Virus record (IMG/VR): IMGVR_UViG_3300030419_003950
Location: 3,346 to 67,345 of that record
Origin: a virus
Length of the DNA stretch: 64,000 nucleotides
Strand: one strand, 5' to 3'
The notes under the pieces were generated by a model. It saw only the letters and a list, made by a program, of their open reading frames with translations, searched no databases and was not told where the DNA came from. Below are positions 27,681 to 37,426 of this stretch, piece by piece. Position 1 is the stretch's first letter, and each line of letters begins with the position of its first letter. The translations under genes and the position numbers were made by a program.

Positions 27681-29297
27681 CTATTCCTCACCTTTTTTAA
27701 ATACAAATATTGGTTCAAACTTATAAGCCTTTTTATTATGTATTACCGCATTCTTAATACCACTCTTACTCGGGTCTAACCCAACCATACGAGTCATTAA
27801 CATTTTCAATTTACCCATATAAGTACATCCTAATTCTTCCAAGATATCAATTGAATCTTGTTCCAATGGATAGTATAATGATTCTCCAATTTTAATATCT
27901 GCGATATTCCAAAGGATATATCTATCATTCTTTAGATACTCATACGCCGTAGTTAATGTTGGTCTTAAAAAATTATCTCTCCAATCTTCGTATTCGCTAT
28001 AAGCCTTGAATGATTGGTTCTCATCTTGACTGTATTGCTCTCTGTTAAAGTATGGCGGTGATGTGAAAACAATATCGAAAGTTCCCTTATACGATTGAAA
28101 CTTCGGATTGTTCCCAATTAATTCACTACCATCCGTAAATAATTCATAAGTATTACTTTTCTTTTCCACATCAAAAAACTTTTGGAATGTTTCACTCTCA
28201 TTATCTACACAATTATTATTATAGAAATCTGCAACTGCTTGGTATCTTCCTGTTGTATCTGGATTAGGGTCTGTTCCAACATAGTGTGCTTTCTTTCTCA
28301 TACTCATAGCACCAATTATTCTACCACCCCATCCACTACTACTATCATAAATTGTTATTGGGCCATCAACATTCTGTGTGAATGTTTCATATAAATACTT
28401 TGCAGTTAATGCTGGAAAGTTTACAGCAGGTTGTCCACATGATAATCTAAACACTTGTAATATCTTTGGAAAGATACCATCAGTTTTATCATACCAACGA
28501 ATTAAATAAAAATACTTTGTAACCTTACCACTCTTTGCCACACTCTCACTTGGTATATCACCAAGATTACTAACCTGTCTTTTATTTAAATAACCATCTT
28601 CAACTAATTGTTTTACTTCATCTGCCTTTAAATATAAATTCTTAAACCCTTGATACTCTTCATTAAATGTTCCATAATTATCGGTTGTAATATCTTTAAC
28701 TCTAGCCAACACAATATCTAAATCAGAATATTTATCCACGAATACTTTACCATCATGAACATCTTTAATAAATTCTATACCACTTTGTCCGTTCCAAAAA
28801 GGATTTTCATCTGCTTTATTTACAACACTTCTACTCCAACTATACATTGAATCTCTTTTTACAGCTCGTTTCATAATGTTAACAAACTTTTCTTCCATAT
28901 CAGGGTCTGCGAAATGGTCATAAATAGATAAACCATTATCTGCGGATTTACCAATACTGATTTTTGTTTTTAACATTGTAGGAAAGAATTGATTTACAAC
29001 ACTTGCATCTTTGTTGAAGTTTTGTATTATACCAAGTGATTCTTTATCACCTGTCAAATCTTTTTGTCTGAAATCACAAGGATTGGATTTCAATTTAGAG
29101 AAACTTTTAATTATACCTGCTTCATCTTTTCCAATGACAGGCGGTGTTCCATACTCATCCCATTGTGAAGTAACTTCTCCACGAAGAGTACGAGCCCATT
29201 CTGTAAATTCACTATCACTCATACCTAATAAATCATGGTATGTAGTGTTAGATTTAAATTCAGAGAATTTGCTTCTTTCGTAAAACCATTTTTTCAA
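27681..29297 (-). CDS. Amino-methyltransferase-fold protein
   Basis: YDSSSGWGGR, GTDPN and FTSPPYF motifs. Confidence 0.75.
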   Translation of the reverse strand: MKKWFYERSKFSEFKSNTTYHDLLGMSDSEFTEWARTLRGEVTSQWDEYGTPPVIGKDEAGIIKSFSKLKSNPCDFRQKDLTGDKESLGIIQNFNKDASVVNQFFPTMLKTKISIGKSADNGLSIYDHFADPDMEEKFVNIMKRAVKRDSMYSWSRSVVNKADENPFWNGQSGIEFIKDVHDGKVFVDKYSDLDIVLARVKDITTDNYGTFNEEYQGFKNLYLKADEVKQLVEDGYLNKRQVSNLGDIPSESVAKSGKVTKYFYLIRWYDKTDGIFPKILQVFRLSCGQPAVNFPALTAKYLYETFTQNVDGPITIYDSSSGWGGRIIGAMSMRKKAHYVGTDPNPDTTGRYQAVADFYNNNCVDNESETFQKFFDVEKKSNTYELFTDGSELIGNNPKFQSYKGTFDIVFTSPPYFNREQYSQDENQSFKAYSEYEDWRDNFLRPTLTTAYEYLKNDRYILWNIADIKIGESLYYPLEQDSIDILEELGCTYMGKLKMLMTRMVGLDPSKSGIKNAVIHNKKAYKFEPIFVFKKGEE

Positions 29298-29311
29298 TTA
29301 TTAACCTTTAA

Positions 29312-29923
29312 TTAGTTTAAGTCGTTATTTATCAATTCATCAACCATTGTTAAATCTGTTTTTATAATTTCTGCTCTATCAAATTTATATGGTTTAGTTC
29401 CAGGACTCTCCAGTATATCAATACGACTAACGAATCTTTTATTCATTGTATCTTTTACTTGATACACGCCGTCTTTCCCATCTGTCCCTTTGAGTAAAAT
29501 GAAATCACCATAATCTAAGAATCCACCATGTCGTTTCAAAAGATTTCTACTAACCGCTATAAATCGGTACTCGCTAGCTTTATGTACCCTAATACGCGTT
29601 CCATCCGCGAGAATGTTCGGTGTAGAATCAGTTTGAGAACGAACAGGATGATACATGGTTACGGTCACTTCTAATCCCTCAAGTTTAAACTCCTCAACTA
29701 TTCCATTGAGTCGTTTGTTTTCCGCTTTCAAACCCACAAGCGTTTGCTCATGGAATTCTTTATAGTTATCAAAAAGCTTTGTCCATATGAATGTGTTGAA
29801 TAATAGCATTATCATTAATCCACCACAAAAATATTTAAATGTGTTCTTCATAATTATACTTTCAAAAAATGAAGTCTTCATATCACTCGTATATAAATAT
29901 CTGTTTAGTTTGTTAAAATTCAT
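29312..29923 (-). CDS. Membrane-anchored 3D-domain (MltA-like) peptidoglycan-related protein
   Basis: TM segment, VTVTMY, IAVSR, VKDT and RIDI motifs; true start may be 29881. Confidence 0.7.
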   Translation of the reverse strand: MNFNKLNRYLYTSDMKTSFFESIIMKNTFKYFCGGLMIMLLFNTFIWTKLFDNYKEFHEQTLVGLKAENKRLNGIVEEFKLEGLEVTVTMYHPVRSQTDSTPNILADGTRIRVHKASEYRFIAVSRNLLKRHGGFLDYGDFILLKGTDGKDGVYQVKDTMNKRFVSRIDILESPGTKPYKFDRAEIIKTDLTMVDELINNDLN

Positions 29924-30240
29924 TTTATTTGTATTCCTTTCAAAATTTCACTTTCGTTTTCTCTCATGTAATGTTGAATTACGAACGCTTCGACTATGTG
30001 CGTAAAGAACCAAAAGAAACTAATCAATGGTACATATATTTGGTAATCCAAATTCAATTTTGATATCCCTAACCATACTAAGAATATCATTCCAATTGAT
30101 TTTGTTAAGAATCCCATTCCTGAAAATCCTAAAGACATTATATTACCTCTCTGTACCACCACATAAATTCCAACTAGCATATGCATCAAGTTTAGAAATA
30201 TAGGTGCGAGAATACCTAACAAAATATATTCTACTATCAT
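29920..30240 (-). CDS. Three-TM membrane protein (AtpI-like appearance)
   Basis: Hydrophobicity pattern only. Confidence 0.45.
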   Translation of the reverse strand: MIVEYILLGILAPIFLNLMHMLVGIYVVVQRGNIMSLGFSGMGFLTKSIGMIFLVWLGISKLNLDYQIYVPLISFFWFFTHIVEAFVIQHYMRENESEILKGIQIK

Positions 30241-30268
30241 ATTATTATAACCTTTTTCATTTTTATTG

Positions 30269-30679
30269 TGGAGCTGGTGGGAGTCGAACCCACGTCCAGT
30301 CTGCCTTTACTAAAGAGTCATTCACAACTTAGTTTAGTTCCAAATCGGTAGTCACTAACAACCCACCATGTCCCATTTTACTCAGAATGGTTTAACTAAG
30401 ATTTCATTTATACTCTAAACCTGAAGTGAGTTCGTGTTCAACTTATTTTATGCTCGGGTGTTGAACAACCCAAGAACTTATGCGTAAGCGTAAGTTGGTT
30501 GGTAGTCTTGAGCCATTACTGGTTCAGCAACTGGAACATCTATTTCGAATAGATGCCAATCTATTACCAACCCGTCAAGCGATAATTCGCCAATTGAGTT
30601 TGTGGGATTTTTTCTAAGACCTTCCCAATCTCTGTTGCACTCTGTTATTAAATAACACCTGTCGATACCAAGCAGCCCC
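30269..30679 (-). ncRNA. ssrA: tmRNA
   Basis: 5' GGGGCTG..GGTATCGAC; 3' GGACGTGGGTTCGACTCCCACCAGCTCCA; G3-U Ala acceptor; PK1 (TGGGA/TCCCA); tag ORF 30591-30478. Confidence 0.93.
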
Positions 30680-30684
30680 ATATT

Positions 30685-30846
30685 TTAATCTATCTCATCA
30701 TCCAATTCTTCATTAGGCCAATCATCATCACCATAATCATTTATTTCTACACTATATGATAATGTTTCAATTAACTCTTCAATGATATTCCAATTTTCAT
30801 CATTGTAGGCCTGTTCTAACTTGTCTTTAATTTCAGATAAGTCCAT
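30685..30846 (-). CDS. 53-aa acidic protein
   Basis: Manual translation MDLSEIKDKL...DDEID; AGGAG RBS. Confidence 0.6.
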   Translation of the reverse strand: MDLSEIKDKLEQAYNDENWNIIEELIETLSYSVEINDYGDDDWPNEELDDEID

Positions 30847-30892
30847 TATTAATTTCTCCTTTTATACTTGTTAGTATAAGTAGTGTATTCAT

Positions 30893-31522
30893 CTATAATT
30901 CGTATTCCAATCCTACTTTAAATTTATAATATTTTTTACCCTTAACATCATTGTAATCAAAAATATTAGTTAAAGTAAGTTTCTCATTCAACTTCCAATT
31001 AATTTTAGCATAATCTTCCATATCAAATCTACTCTCACCTGTTAATTCATTTCTGAATAAATAACCATCCCATTTTGCTTCCATAGAAAATCTATCATTA
31101 ATTTCTTTCTTCTTATTCACACCAACTGATATACCACTCTCGAACTTATCATCTGCATACATTCCAGTATAACCAACTGAGTAATCACCATTACGATAAC
31201 GAATATCTGCCTTACCATACTTTAAATCACGAGATGTTTTATTAACATATTGTGGTTTAAAATAAAAGTTCTTTGGTTTCCATTCGAACCATATCTCATC
31301 ATCAATATAATTCTGTCCTAACTCTCGTTCCCAATCTCGTTTGAAATACATCTGTTCGTTTTTAAATCCAAGTGTTATTTCATAATCATCAACATTGATT
31401 GATGTATCATTTGGTGTTCTCATAGCAAATGATGTAAACAATACTAAACTACTAAGCATTCCTTGTAGTATCATTTTCTGTCTCCTCTCCTCGTGGATTA
31501 ATATAATAAGGTGGTGGAACAT
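30893..31522 (-). CDS. Putative small outer-membrane beta-barrel
   Basis: Alternating strands and C-terminal FKVGLEYEL; true start probably MILQG. Confidence 0.55.
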   Translation of the reverse strand: MFHHLIILIHEERRQKMILQGMLSSLVLFTSFAMRTPNDTSINVDDYEITLGFKNEQMYFKRDWERELGQNYIDDEIWFEWKPKNFYFKPQYVNKTSRDLKYGKADIRYRNGDYSVGYTGMYADDKFESGISVGVNKKKEINDRFSMEAKWDGYLFRNELTGESRFDMEDYAKINWKLNEKLTLTNIFDYNDVKGKKYYKFKVGLEYEL

Positions 31523-31667
31523 TCTCTGTTGAATCAGGTGGTAGTTCTGTTCTTATACCAATTCGTTCTTCAAACTTATTTAAAGAATCTTCCAATGTTC
31601 CATTGTGGTCTTTCCACAATATTGTTGCAGAAAGAAAACAAATAAAATAGAACCATGTTAAATCCAT
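31452..31667 (-). CDS. Small membrane or exported protein
   Basis: Hydrophobic N-terminus. Confidence 0.45.
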   Translation of the reverse strand: MDLTWFYFICFLSATILWKDHNGTLEDSLNKFEERIGIRTELPPDSTENVPPPYYINPRGEETENDTTRNA

Positions 31668-31814
31668 ATTAATATCCTCTCATCATTCTATGTAATTCCG
31701 CCCAAGCATACATACCTTCAGAGAATCCCATCATTACTTTTAATATTAAGAATCCTGCTGTAAGTAATAATATGGTTTCAATGGTATCAAATACCACTTG
31801 TGCTTTTCTTTTCA

Positions 31815-32024
31815 TTAATCAATTACCTCGACAATCTTAGATTCTTTAGCCACTTTAACTTCAAATGGATAAGGTGAATCCTTTAGTGTTTCATTTACTT
31901 TTGCTTCTGCTACACTTACTGAATCACATTCAACTAAAAAATTTCTACGAGTCTTTTTTTCTTTGACTCCATTCTTTGTTGGTATTTCTTCTGTAAATAT
32001 AACCTGTGTTTCATAATATGTCAT
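31815..32024 (-). CDS. DUF4494-like protein
   Basis: GVKEKKTRRNFLVECDSVSVAEAKV resembles this Bacteroidota family. Confidence 0.5.
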   Translation of the reverse strand: MTYYETQVIFTEEIPTKNGVKEKKTRRNFLVECDSVSVAEAKVNETLKDSPYPFEVKVAKESKIVEVID

Positions 32025-32360
32025 TTATAACTCCTTATTGTTTAATCGACTATCATAATATCCTTTCACGAAATCTACTTCGTGTGGATACACTCTTCTG
32101 ATGATATAATGTTTTACACCATCCTTTATTATTAATTTAATACTTTCACCACCATATTTTGTATCACCACCATGATACCAGCAATTCTGATTTAACAACT
32201 GATTATCTCGTGGAAACTCTAAAGTATCCATATTGATTTTCCACAAATGGTCTACACCCTCAACATCAGTATATCTTCTGAAGATAGGTTCATCTTTAGT
32301 TTGCCAAAAATTTGTGGATGAACAACCGAATACTATTAGTAATACTAAAAGATTTCTCAT
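32025..32360 (-). CDS. Putative lipoprotein
   Basis: MRNLLVLLIVFGC lipobox. Confidence 0.5.
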   Translation of the reverse strand: MRNLLVLLIVFGCSSTNFWQTKDEPIFRRYTDVEGVDHLWKINMDTLEFPRDNQLLNQNCWYHGGDTKYGGESIKLIIKDGVKHYIIRRVYPHEVDFVKGYYDSRLNNKEL

Positions 32361-32632
32361 CTAAGAAAATCATCTTCTGTATAGGTGTTAATAAAACTAT
32401 CACCAGCACATTCAATAGAACAATAGTGTTCCGTAACAACTCCTGGAACTTCAGTTCTCTTTTTGTGTGTTGCATTCTTATTATAAGTTGGAATCTTATA
32501 TTCAGATGCAGCTGTTGGTATTGTTTGTTTCCTATGTTTTACCAAACGAACTTTACCACAAGTAGCACACTTTCTTCTATAAGGTTCTACAACTGGTCGT
32601 TTATTACTCGGTCTACCTTTTCTAAACATCAT
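32357..32632 (-). CDS. Zinc-ribbon protein
   Basis: CATC...YCSIEC. Confidence 0.55.
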   Translation of the reverse strand: MMFRKGRPSNKRPVVEPYRRKCATCGKVRLVKHRKQTIPTAASEYKIPTYNKNATHKKRTEVPGVVTEHYCSIECAGDSFINTYTEDDFLR

Positions 32633-33144
32633 TTACTCCCCCTTTCTTTTTTCATTTTATTTCTATACCATTCCATAGTTGGATTATCTTCACTTGTATT
32701 CCATACAGCTTTTTTAATCAACTCACTTATTGGTTTATTTTCTTCTCCAAATCTTCCATCACTTTCCCACAATACATATAATTCTGTATTTAAGCTTTGG
32801 GCAATTTCTCTTAACACATTATAATCCTCTGTAAGATTTAAATCTCCATACCAAACTTTACCTACATCCTTCATAATTACATTAGCATTAAATACTATTA
32901 AATCTTCTGGATGGTCATTTTGATAAATGTATTTAGCACCACCCAACATTCTGGCATCTTCAAGTCCAAAAGCTCTAAAGAACTTTTGTATTTCCATGAC
33001 ATTTGTTGTTGGTGTAAAATCACTTGGATATTCACCTGTTAATTCAATTGTCTTGTTTATCATTTTTCTTTTTCTCCTTTTTCTTACCGAAAATTTTTTC
33101 CCAATTATCTTCGTATCTTTTTCTATCCGAAGTTCTTGGTGCAC
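32629..33144 (-). CDS. Hypothetical protein
   Basis: ORF; true start probably MINK. Confidence 0.55.
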   Translation of the reverse strand: MHQELRIEKDTKIIGKKFSVRKRRKRKMINKTIELTGEYPSDFTPTTNVMEIQKFFRAFGLEDARMLGGAKYIYQNDHPEDLIVFNANVIMKDVGKVWYGDLNLTEDYNVLREIAQSLNTELYVLWESDGRFGEENKPISELIKKAVWNTSEDNPTMEWYRNKMKKERGSK

Positions 33145-33185
33145 TACCCTTTGTAGTTCCTGAATCGTATATTGATTTCTTTTTC

Positions 33186-33824
33186 TTAGCCACTAATATA
33201 TAGTTCCCATTGACCACTATCTATAAGTGGTTTTGCTTTTTTCCATTTTAATTCTTTTGCTTCGTTACCATCGGTAATCATAACCTTTTCGTTTCTACCA
33301 AATTTCTTTCCTGCTCGATAGGTTGTATCAATTTTTCTATCCATACATACAATACCATTTAAGTGGTCTATCTCGTGTTGAACACATACAGCTTCTAACA
33401 ATCTTAATTCTTGGTCTTCTTCTTTTCCTTTTTGTTCCCAACTACCTCGTGCTTCTTGTGTAGATTCTGCTCCACTAAAATACCATCCACTTTCCTCTTG
33501 TTCTGTTTTAACAATAACATTAGAATATCGTTTGGTATTAACGCCTTTCTTTGGATAACTTAAACAACCCTCATAATAATCTATCTCATCCCATTGTTCT
33601 TTTATAACAGGATTAATTAGAATAAGGGGCTCCCTAACATTAACCACAGCAACCCGAGCATCAATACCCACCTGGTTAGCCGCAAGACCAATTCCATCTT
33701 TCCTCTTAGCGAGTGTAGAGAATAAAATCTCGGCAATTTTAAGTCCTTCATCAACTGATACCTTTCTAAGTTTTTTATTTATTAAAGGATTATGTTCTTT
33801 AAAACAATTTATAACTTTTTTCAT
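33186..33824 (-). CDS. def: Peptide deformylase
   Basis: GIGLAANQVG, EGCLS and QHEIDHLNG motifs. Confidence 0.95.
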   Translation of the reverse strand: MKKVINCFKEHNPLINKKLRKVSVDEGLKIAEILFSTLAKRKDGIGLAANQVGIDARVAVVNVREPLILINPVIKEQWDEIDYYEGCLSYPKKGVNTKRYSNVIVKTEQEESGWYFSGAESTQEARGSWEQKGKEEDQELRLLEAVCVQHEIDHLNGIVCMDRKIDTTYRAGKKFGRNEKVMITDGNEAKELKWKKAKPLIDSGQWELYISG

Positions 33825-33915
33825 TAAAACCTTGGTCTATTTCTATTTTCATTATCTATATCATACAACTTTATTGCAATATAGAATAGTAATACAACTA
33901 CAAAAAATTCAAACA

Positions 33916-34119
33916 TTATTTCCTCTCAATTATATATCCCTTTAGATAATCTCTTACCATTTTGTTTTCAACTTTCATACGAACTTTATAATCTTCGTAT
34001 GATTCATCTTCTAACCTCTCGGCTCCCTGTATCATATCACTAACTCTCAATCTTGGGTCTTCATTCTTCTTTCTCATCTTTTGAGTTTGGATAGGATAAA
34101 TATATGGTTGTCCTCTCAT
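33916..34119 (-). CDS. Hypothetical protein
   Basis: ORF with GAGG RBS. Confidence 0.5.
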   Translation of the reverse strand: MRGQPYIYPIQTQKMRKKNEDPRLRVSDMIQGAERLEDESYEDYKVRMKVENKMVRDYLKGYIIERK

Positions 34120-34270
34120 TCTTTCACCTCTTTTAGTTTACCTAAATTGGTATGTTCCATATGTTTCAAGTAATCCAAAGCATCTTCTTTGGTTTCTGCT
34201 ACAAATATGTAACCCTCATCAGTTGTCCATTTCTTGTAATGGTCGAACTGACCTTTTTTCTTTTTAGCCA

Positions 34271-34468
34271 TTAATGACTCCTTTTGTATTTATGTTTATT
34301 TTCTTTCCAAAATTCATCAATCTCTTTTTTCGTTCCACCTTGTTTCTCAAATGATTCTTTACGAGTCATCATTGTCATTGGAACATCTGAAAGATTAGGG
34401 AGTCTGCCATAGGTATCCCTAAATACCATTTCTGACAACCATTCTTTTTTTGTCATTTGTTTACTCAC
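34271..34468 (-). CDS. Hypothetical protein
   Basis: Coupled ORF. Confidence 0.5.
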   Translation of the reverse strand: MSKQMTKKEWLSEMVFRDTYGRLPNLSDVPMTMMTRKESFEKQGGTKKEIDEFWKENKHKYKRSH

Positions 34469-34935
34469 TTATCCCCCGTTTTATGATTAAGAAAATCTTG
34501 TTGTTTCTTCAACTCTTTAGCCAACTCTCGTTTTTGTTTTCGTTGAGCTGCCATTTTTTCTTTATGTTTAGCAACTAAGATTTCATCACGAGTTCTTCGT
34601 TTAGCTTTCTTCTTAGGTTTCTTAACCTTAGTAGGTGGAAGTGTTCCTTTAAGTTTTGGTTGTTCTACACCCTTATGAAATACATTACCATCTTTATCCA
34701 CGAACTCAGCCATCCAATGCCATCCTGCTGGACGACCTGTAGGTTTGTAAGATGGTTTAAAAGCTACATCCATACTTTCTGGAAACTTTTTATACATCTT
34801 AGCCTGTAAAGCTTTTGGGCCGATTACATATTTCACATCAGTGCTTACATTACGAACTGGTTCACCTGTATATTTACAATCCATATACGGAACTCCATCG
34901 ATATAATAACCACCATTGTCTTCGAACTTACTCAC
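34465..34935 (-). CDS. Basic hypothetical protein
   Basis: AGGAG RBS; GRPAGWHWM motif. Confidence 0.6.
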   Translation of the reverse strand: MSKFEDNGGYYIDGVPYMDCKYTGEPVRNVSTDVKYVIGPKALQAKMYKKFPESMDVAFKPSYKPTGRPAGWHWMAEFVDKDGNVFHKGVEQPKLKGTLPPTKVKKPKKKAKRRTRDEILVAKHKEKMAAQRKQKRELAKELKKQQDFLNHKTGDK

Positions 34936-35112
34936 GCTTATAACTCCTTTGTTTTTCCTTTATTTATGATATTAAATCCTTTATATAAAATAAAATTTGT
35001 TTATAGTAAATACCTACGGCTGTAAATAAAGCCCCGCCTGATACTATTAAACTTGGATGTGCCTCACCACACAATCCAATTAAATGTTTTAAAAAATGTA
35101 TTATTCCATCCA

Positions 35113-35328
35113 CTACGCTTCTCCAATCGAACCTGATTTGATTCCTTCCGTCATTAACATTTCCATAAAATCTTCTTCTATCTTTCGAGTAATTCCTTTC
35201 ATATTTTTTTCCATATGAATATCAAATTCAATCAAGTCATCAATTAATGTTGAACACATTTCTTGAACTTCACCATCTGCTTTACTCTCAATCTTTTCCA
35301 ATCTATTTACTAAATCTCTAATTCTCAT
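35113..35328 (-). CDS. Hypothetical protein
   Basis: Likely start MRIRDL at 35328, downstream of the tRNA. Confidence 0.5.
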   Translation of the reverse strand: MRIRDLVNRLEKIESKADGEVQEMCSTLIDDLIEFDIHMEKNMKGITRKIEEDFMEMLMTEGIKSGSIGEA

Positions 35329-35346
35329 TTTATTTCCTAAGTTTTG

Positions 35347-35420
35347 AGTGCAGGACTGGATTCGAACCAGCGAATAATGGTTTTGCAAACCACCCCATTA
35401 GACCACTCTGGCACCTGCAC
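35347..35420 (-). tRNA. tRNA-Cys(GCA)
   Basis: Cloverleaf GTGCAGG/CCTGCAC, anticodon loop TT-GCA-AA, GGTTCGAATCC, U73; CCA not encoded. Confidence 0.92.
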
Positions 35421-35649
35421 GGCCACTGCGTTGTGCCAATTTATTACTTTGTATTTCTTCAATATGTTTACAATATTTCTTTTTAAACTTATGTCTAAAT
35501 TTAAATGCCATACAATCACATGCCCATTCAATCCTTGATGGGTCAAAACGAATATCGTAATCCTTACCCTTTATTTTATAATGTTCCCATCCATAATCAT
35601 CAATGAGAACACCATCAAACTTTTCGATTATTAAATCAAGTAGTTCCAT
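35398..35649 (-). CDS. SWIM zinc-finger protein
   Basis: WACDC...YCKHI. Confidence 0.65.
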   Translation of the reverse strand: MELLDLIIEKFDGVLIDDYGWEHYKIKGKDYDIRFDPSRIEWACDCMAFKFRHKFKKKYCKHIEEIQSNKLAQRSGRAGARVV

Positions 35650-35771
35650 ATATTAAATATTACCTACCACCATGAAAATGTAAAAAACTATAAACATCCA
35701 TACGGCTGTTAAAAATTCTGCAATTCTATATAATATCAATTTCATATAATATTCCTTTAAATAATGTTAAT

Positions 35772-35810
35772 AAGATAAAACAAATATTTGTAAAAGTCAA
35801 GTCTTTTTTT
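35772..35810 (-). promoter_or_regulatory. Phage early-type promoter, copy 1
   Basis: A-tract GAC TTGACT N17 TATCTT. Confidence 0.65.
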
Positions 35811-35938
35811 CACTTTTTTTCAATTTTTTTTCTTCTCGTTTAACTTGAAGCAAATTAATTAAAAATTTAATACTTTCTTGGACATCTTTATCCATCTTAT
35901 CAAATACATAATTAACCTTTTTAGTTGCTCCGTTCAAC

Positions 35939-36469
35939 TTAAAAATCTCCTGGAGCAACTTGAAAGGTATTCAATCCCAAACTTCTCCACATATCAACAA
36001 CTTTATTTCTATCATCTACAACCAAAAATACATCATCAATATCTACAAAAGTATCCAACATCTTTTTCTTCAAGATATCATCTGGCATAAATCTCATATC
36101 GGGAGTGGCAGGATTACCATCGGCGATTGGCCACGATTTGTCTTTAAACTTGTCAGGTCTCATTACCAAAAGGTCGTGAGGCACATCGTGAATCTTCAAC
36201 CAGTCTCTGGTAGCATGAAAGCTTCTATCGTTTCTACCACTAAAGATTACAACCCTGAATCCATCCTTGTGAAACATTTGAGCCATTTTAATGACTGGAT
36301 GGTTTGGTGTATCCCAATCCATAATGGATGTAGGAGCTGCGAATAAATCCCAGTCTAACTTACCATTAGGTTTGGTAGATTTATCTCTCCTAACATCGAT
36401 GTTAGCAAGAGTACCATCAAGGTCAAATATGACTGTTTTCTTGTTCATAATATTTTTCCTTTTATTCAT
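35939..36469 (-). CDS. HAD phosphatase, polynucleotide kinase 3'-phosphatase-like
   Basis: FDLDGT, FSGR and VDDR motifs. Confidence 0.8.
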   Translation of the reverse strand: MNKRKNIMNKKTVIFDLDGTLANIDVRRDKSTKPNGKLDWDLFAAPTSIMDWDTPNHPVIKMAQMFHKDGFRVVIFSGRNDRSFHATRDWLKIHDVPHDLLVMRPDKFKDKSWPIADGNPATPDMRFMPDDILKKKMLDTFVDIDDVFLVVDDRNKVVDMWRSLGLNTFQVAPGDF

Positions 36470-36474
36470 AGATG

Positions 36475-36514
36475 AATATACAAAAGAATTAGTATATGAG
36501 TCAAGTCTTTTTTT
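36475..36514 (-). promoter_or_regulatory. Phage early-type promoter, copy 2
   Basis: A-tract GAC TTGACT N18 TATATT. Confidence 0.75.
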
Positions 36515-36523
36515 AACTTTTTT

Positions 36524-37360
36524 TTAATTGATTCTCCACGCAGAATATGGGTTATATTTAGGGACTTCATATGTTGGTTGATTTAACCATTCACTTAAAG
36601 TTACTTCAGCCGACTTATCTGATAGTGTAAATTTACTTTCATACCTTGTTAATAATTCAGGTACAATAGGATGTCTTACTACATCCATCATTTCAAATTT
36701 ACTAAATCCTACACCATAAACACCAGTAAATCTTCTAATACTATCCTCTAAAGCATTATGTTTAGCCCTTAAATCACTTTGCATTAAATCTCCACTTACA
36801 ATATATTTAGAACCCATTCCTATTCTTGTAAGAAAAGTTTTGATTTGTGGAACTGTCGCATTCTGTGCTTCATCCATTAATACTATTTTATTTTCTAATG
36901 TTAATCCTCTCATATAAGCTAATGGAATAACTTTAATTATTCCAGCCGCTCTCAGTACATCCAATCTTCGTTTACCTACAATCTGTTCCATATTATAATA
37001 TACTGATTGCATAAATGGTTCGGTTTTCTCATCAATATTACCTGGTAAATATCCCATCTTTTCGCCATCAACTTCTACCATTGGTTTAGTAATAATAATA
37101 CCATCATATTTAGAATTCTTATCTACTAAATGTTGTAATGCCCAATAAGTTGCCACATATGTTTTACCACATCCAGCCGGGCCAATACAAAATGTAATAG
37201 TATTAGAATTAATAGTATCCCAAAAATATTGTTGGTTCTTATTCTTGAATTCTAAATTCCATTTGATTCGTTTCATTTGAGAGAGTGCTTGTCGTTTGTT
37301 TTGACAATCTTGATTACTTACAACCTTTGTTATTGTTTCTACTTTTGGTTTTCTAGCCAT
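36524..37360 (-). CDS. phoH: PhoH-family ATPase
   Basis: GPAGCGKT, GYLPG, YMRGLT, DEAQN, GDLMQSD and VRHP motifs. Confidence 0.93.
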   Translation of the reverse strand: MARKPKVETITKVVSNQDCQNKRQALSQMKRIKWNLEFKNKNQQYFWDTINSNTITFCIGPAGCGKTYVATYWALQHLVDKNSKYDGIIITKPMVEVDGEKMGYLPGNIDEKTEPFMQSVYYNMEQIVGKRRLDVLRAAGIIKVIPLAYMRGLTLENKIVLMDEAQNATVPQIKTFLTRIGMGSKYIVSGDLMQSDLRAKHNALEDSIRRFTGVYGVGFSKFEMMDVVRHPIVPELLTRYESKFTLSDKSAEVTLSEWLNQPTYEVPKYNPYSAWRIN

Positions 37361-37426
37361 AGTAACTTCCCCTTTTGATTGTTGTTATTATAAACTCTGG
37401 GTTCTTACTAATAAATAGAATATATA

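Noticed and set aside
30478-30681. 67-aa ORF in the track
   Set aside because: It lies within the tmRNA; only the tag portion is meaningful
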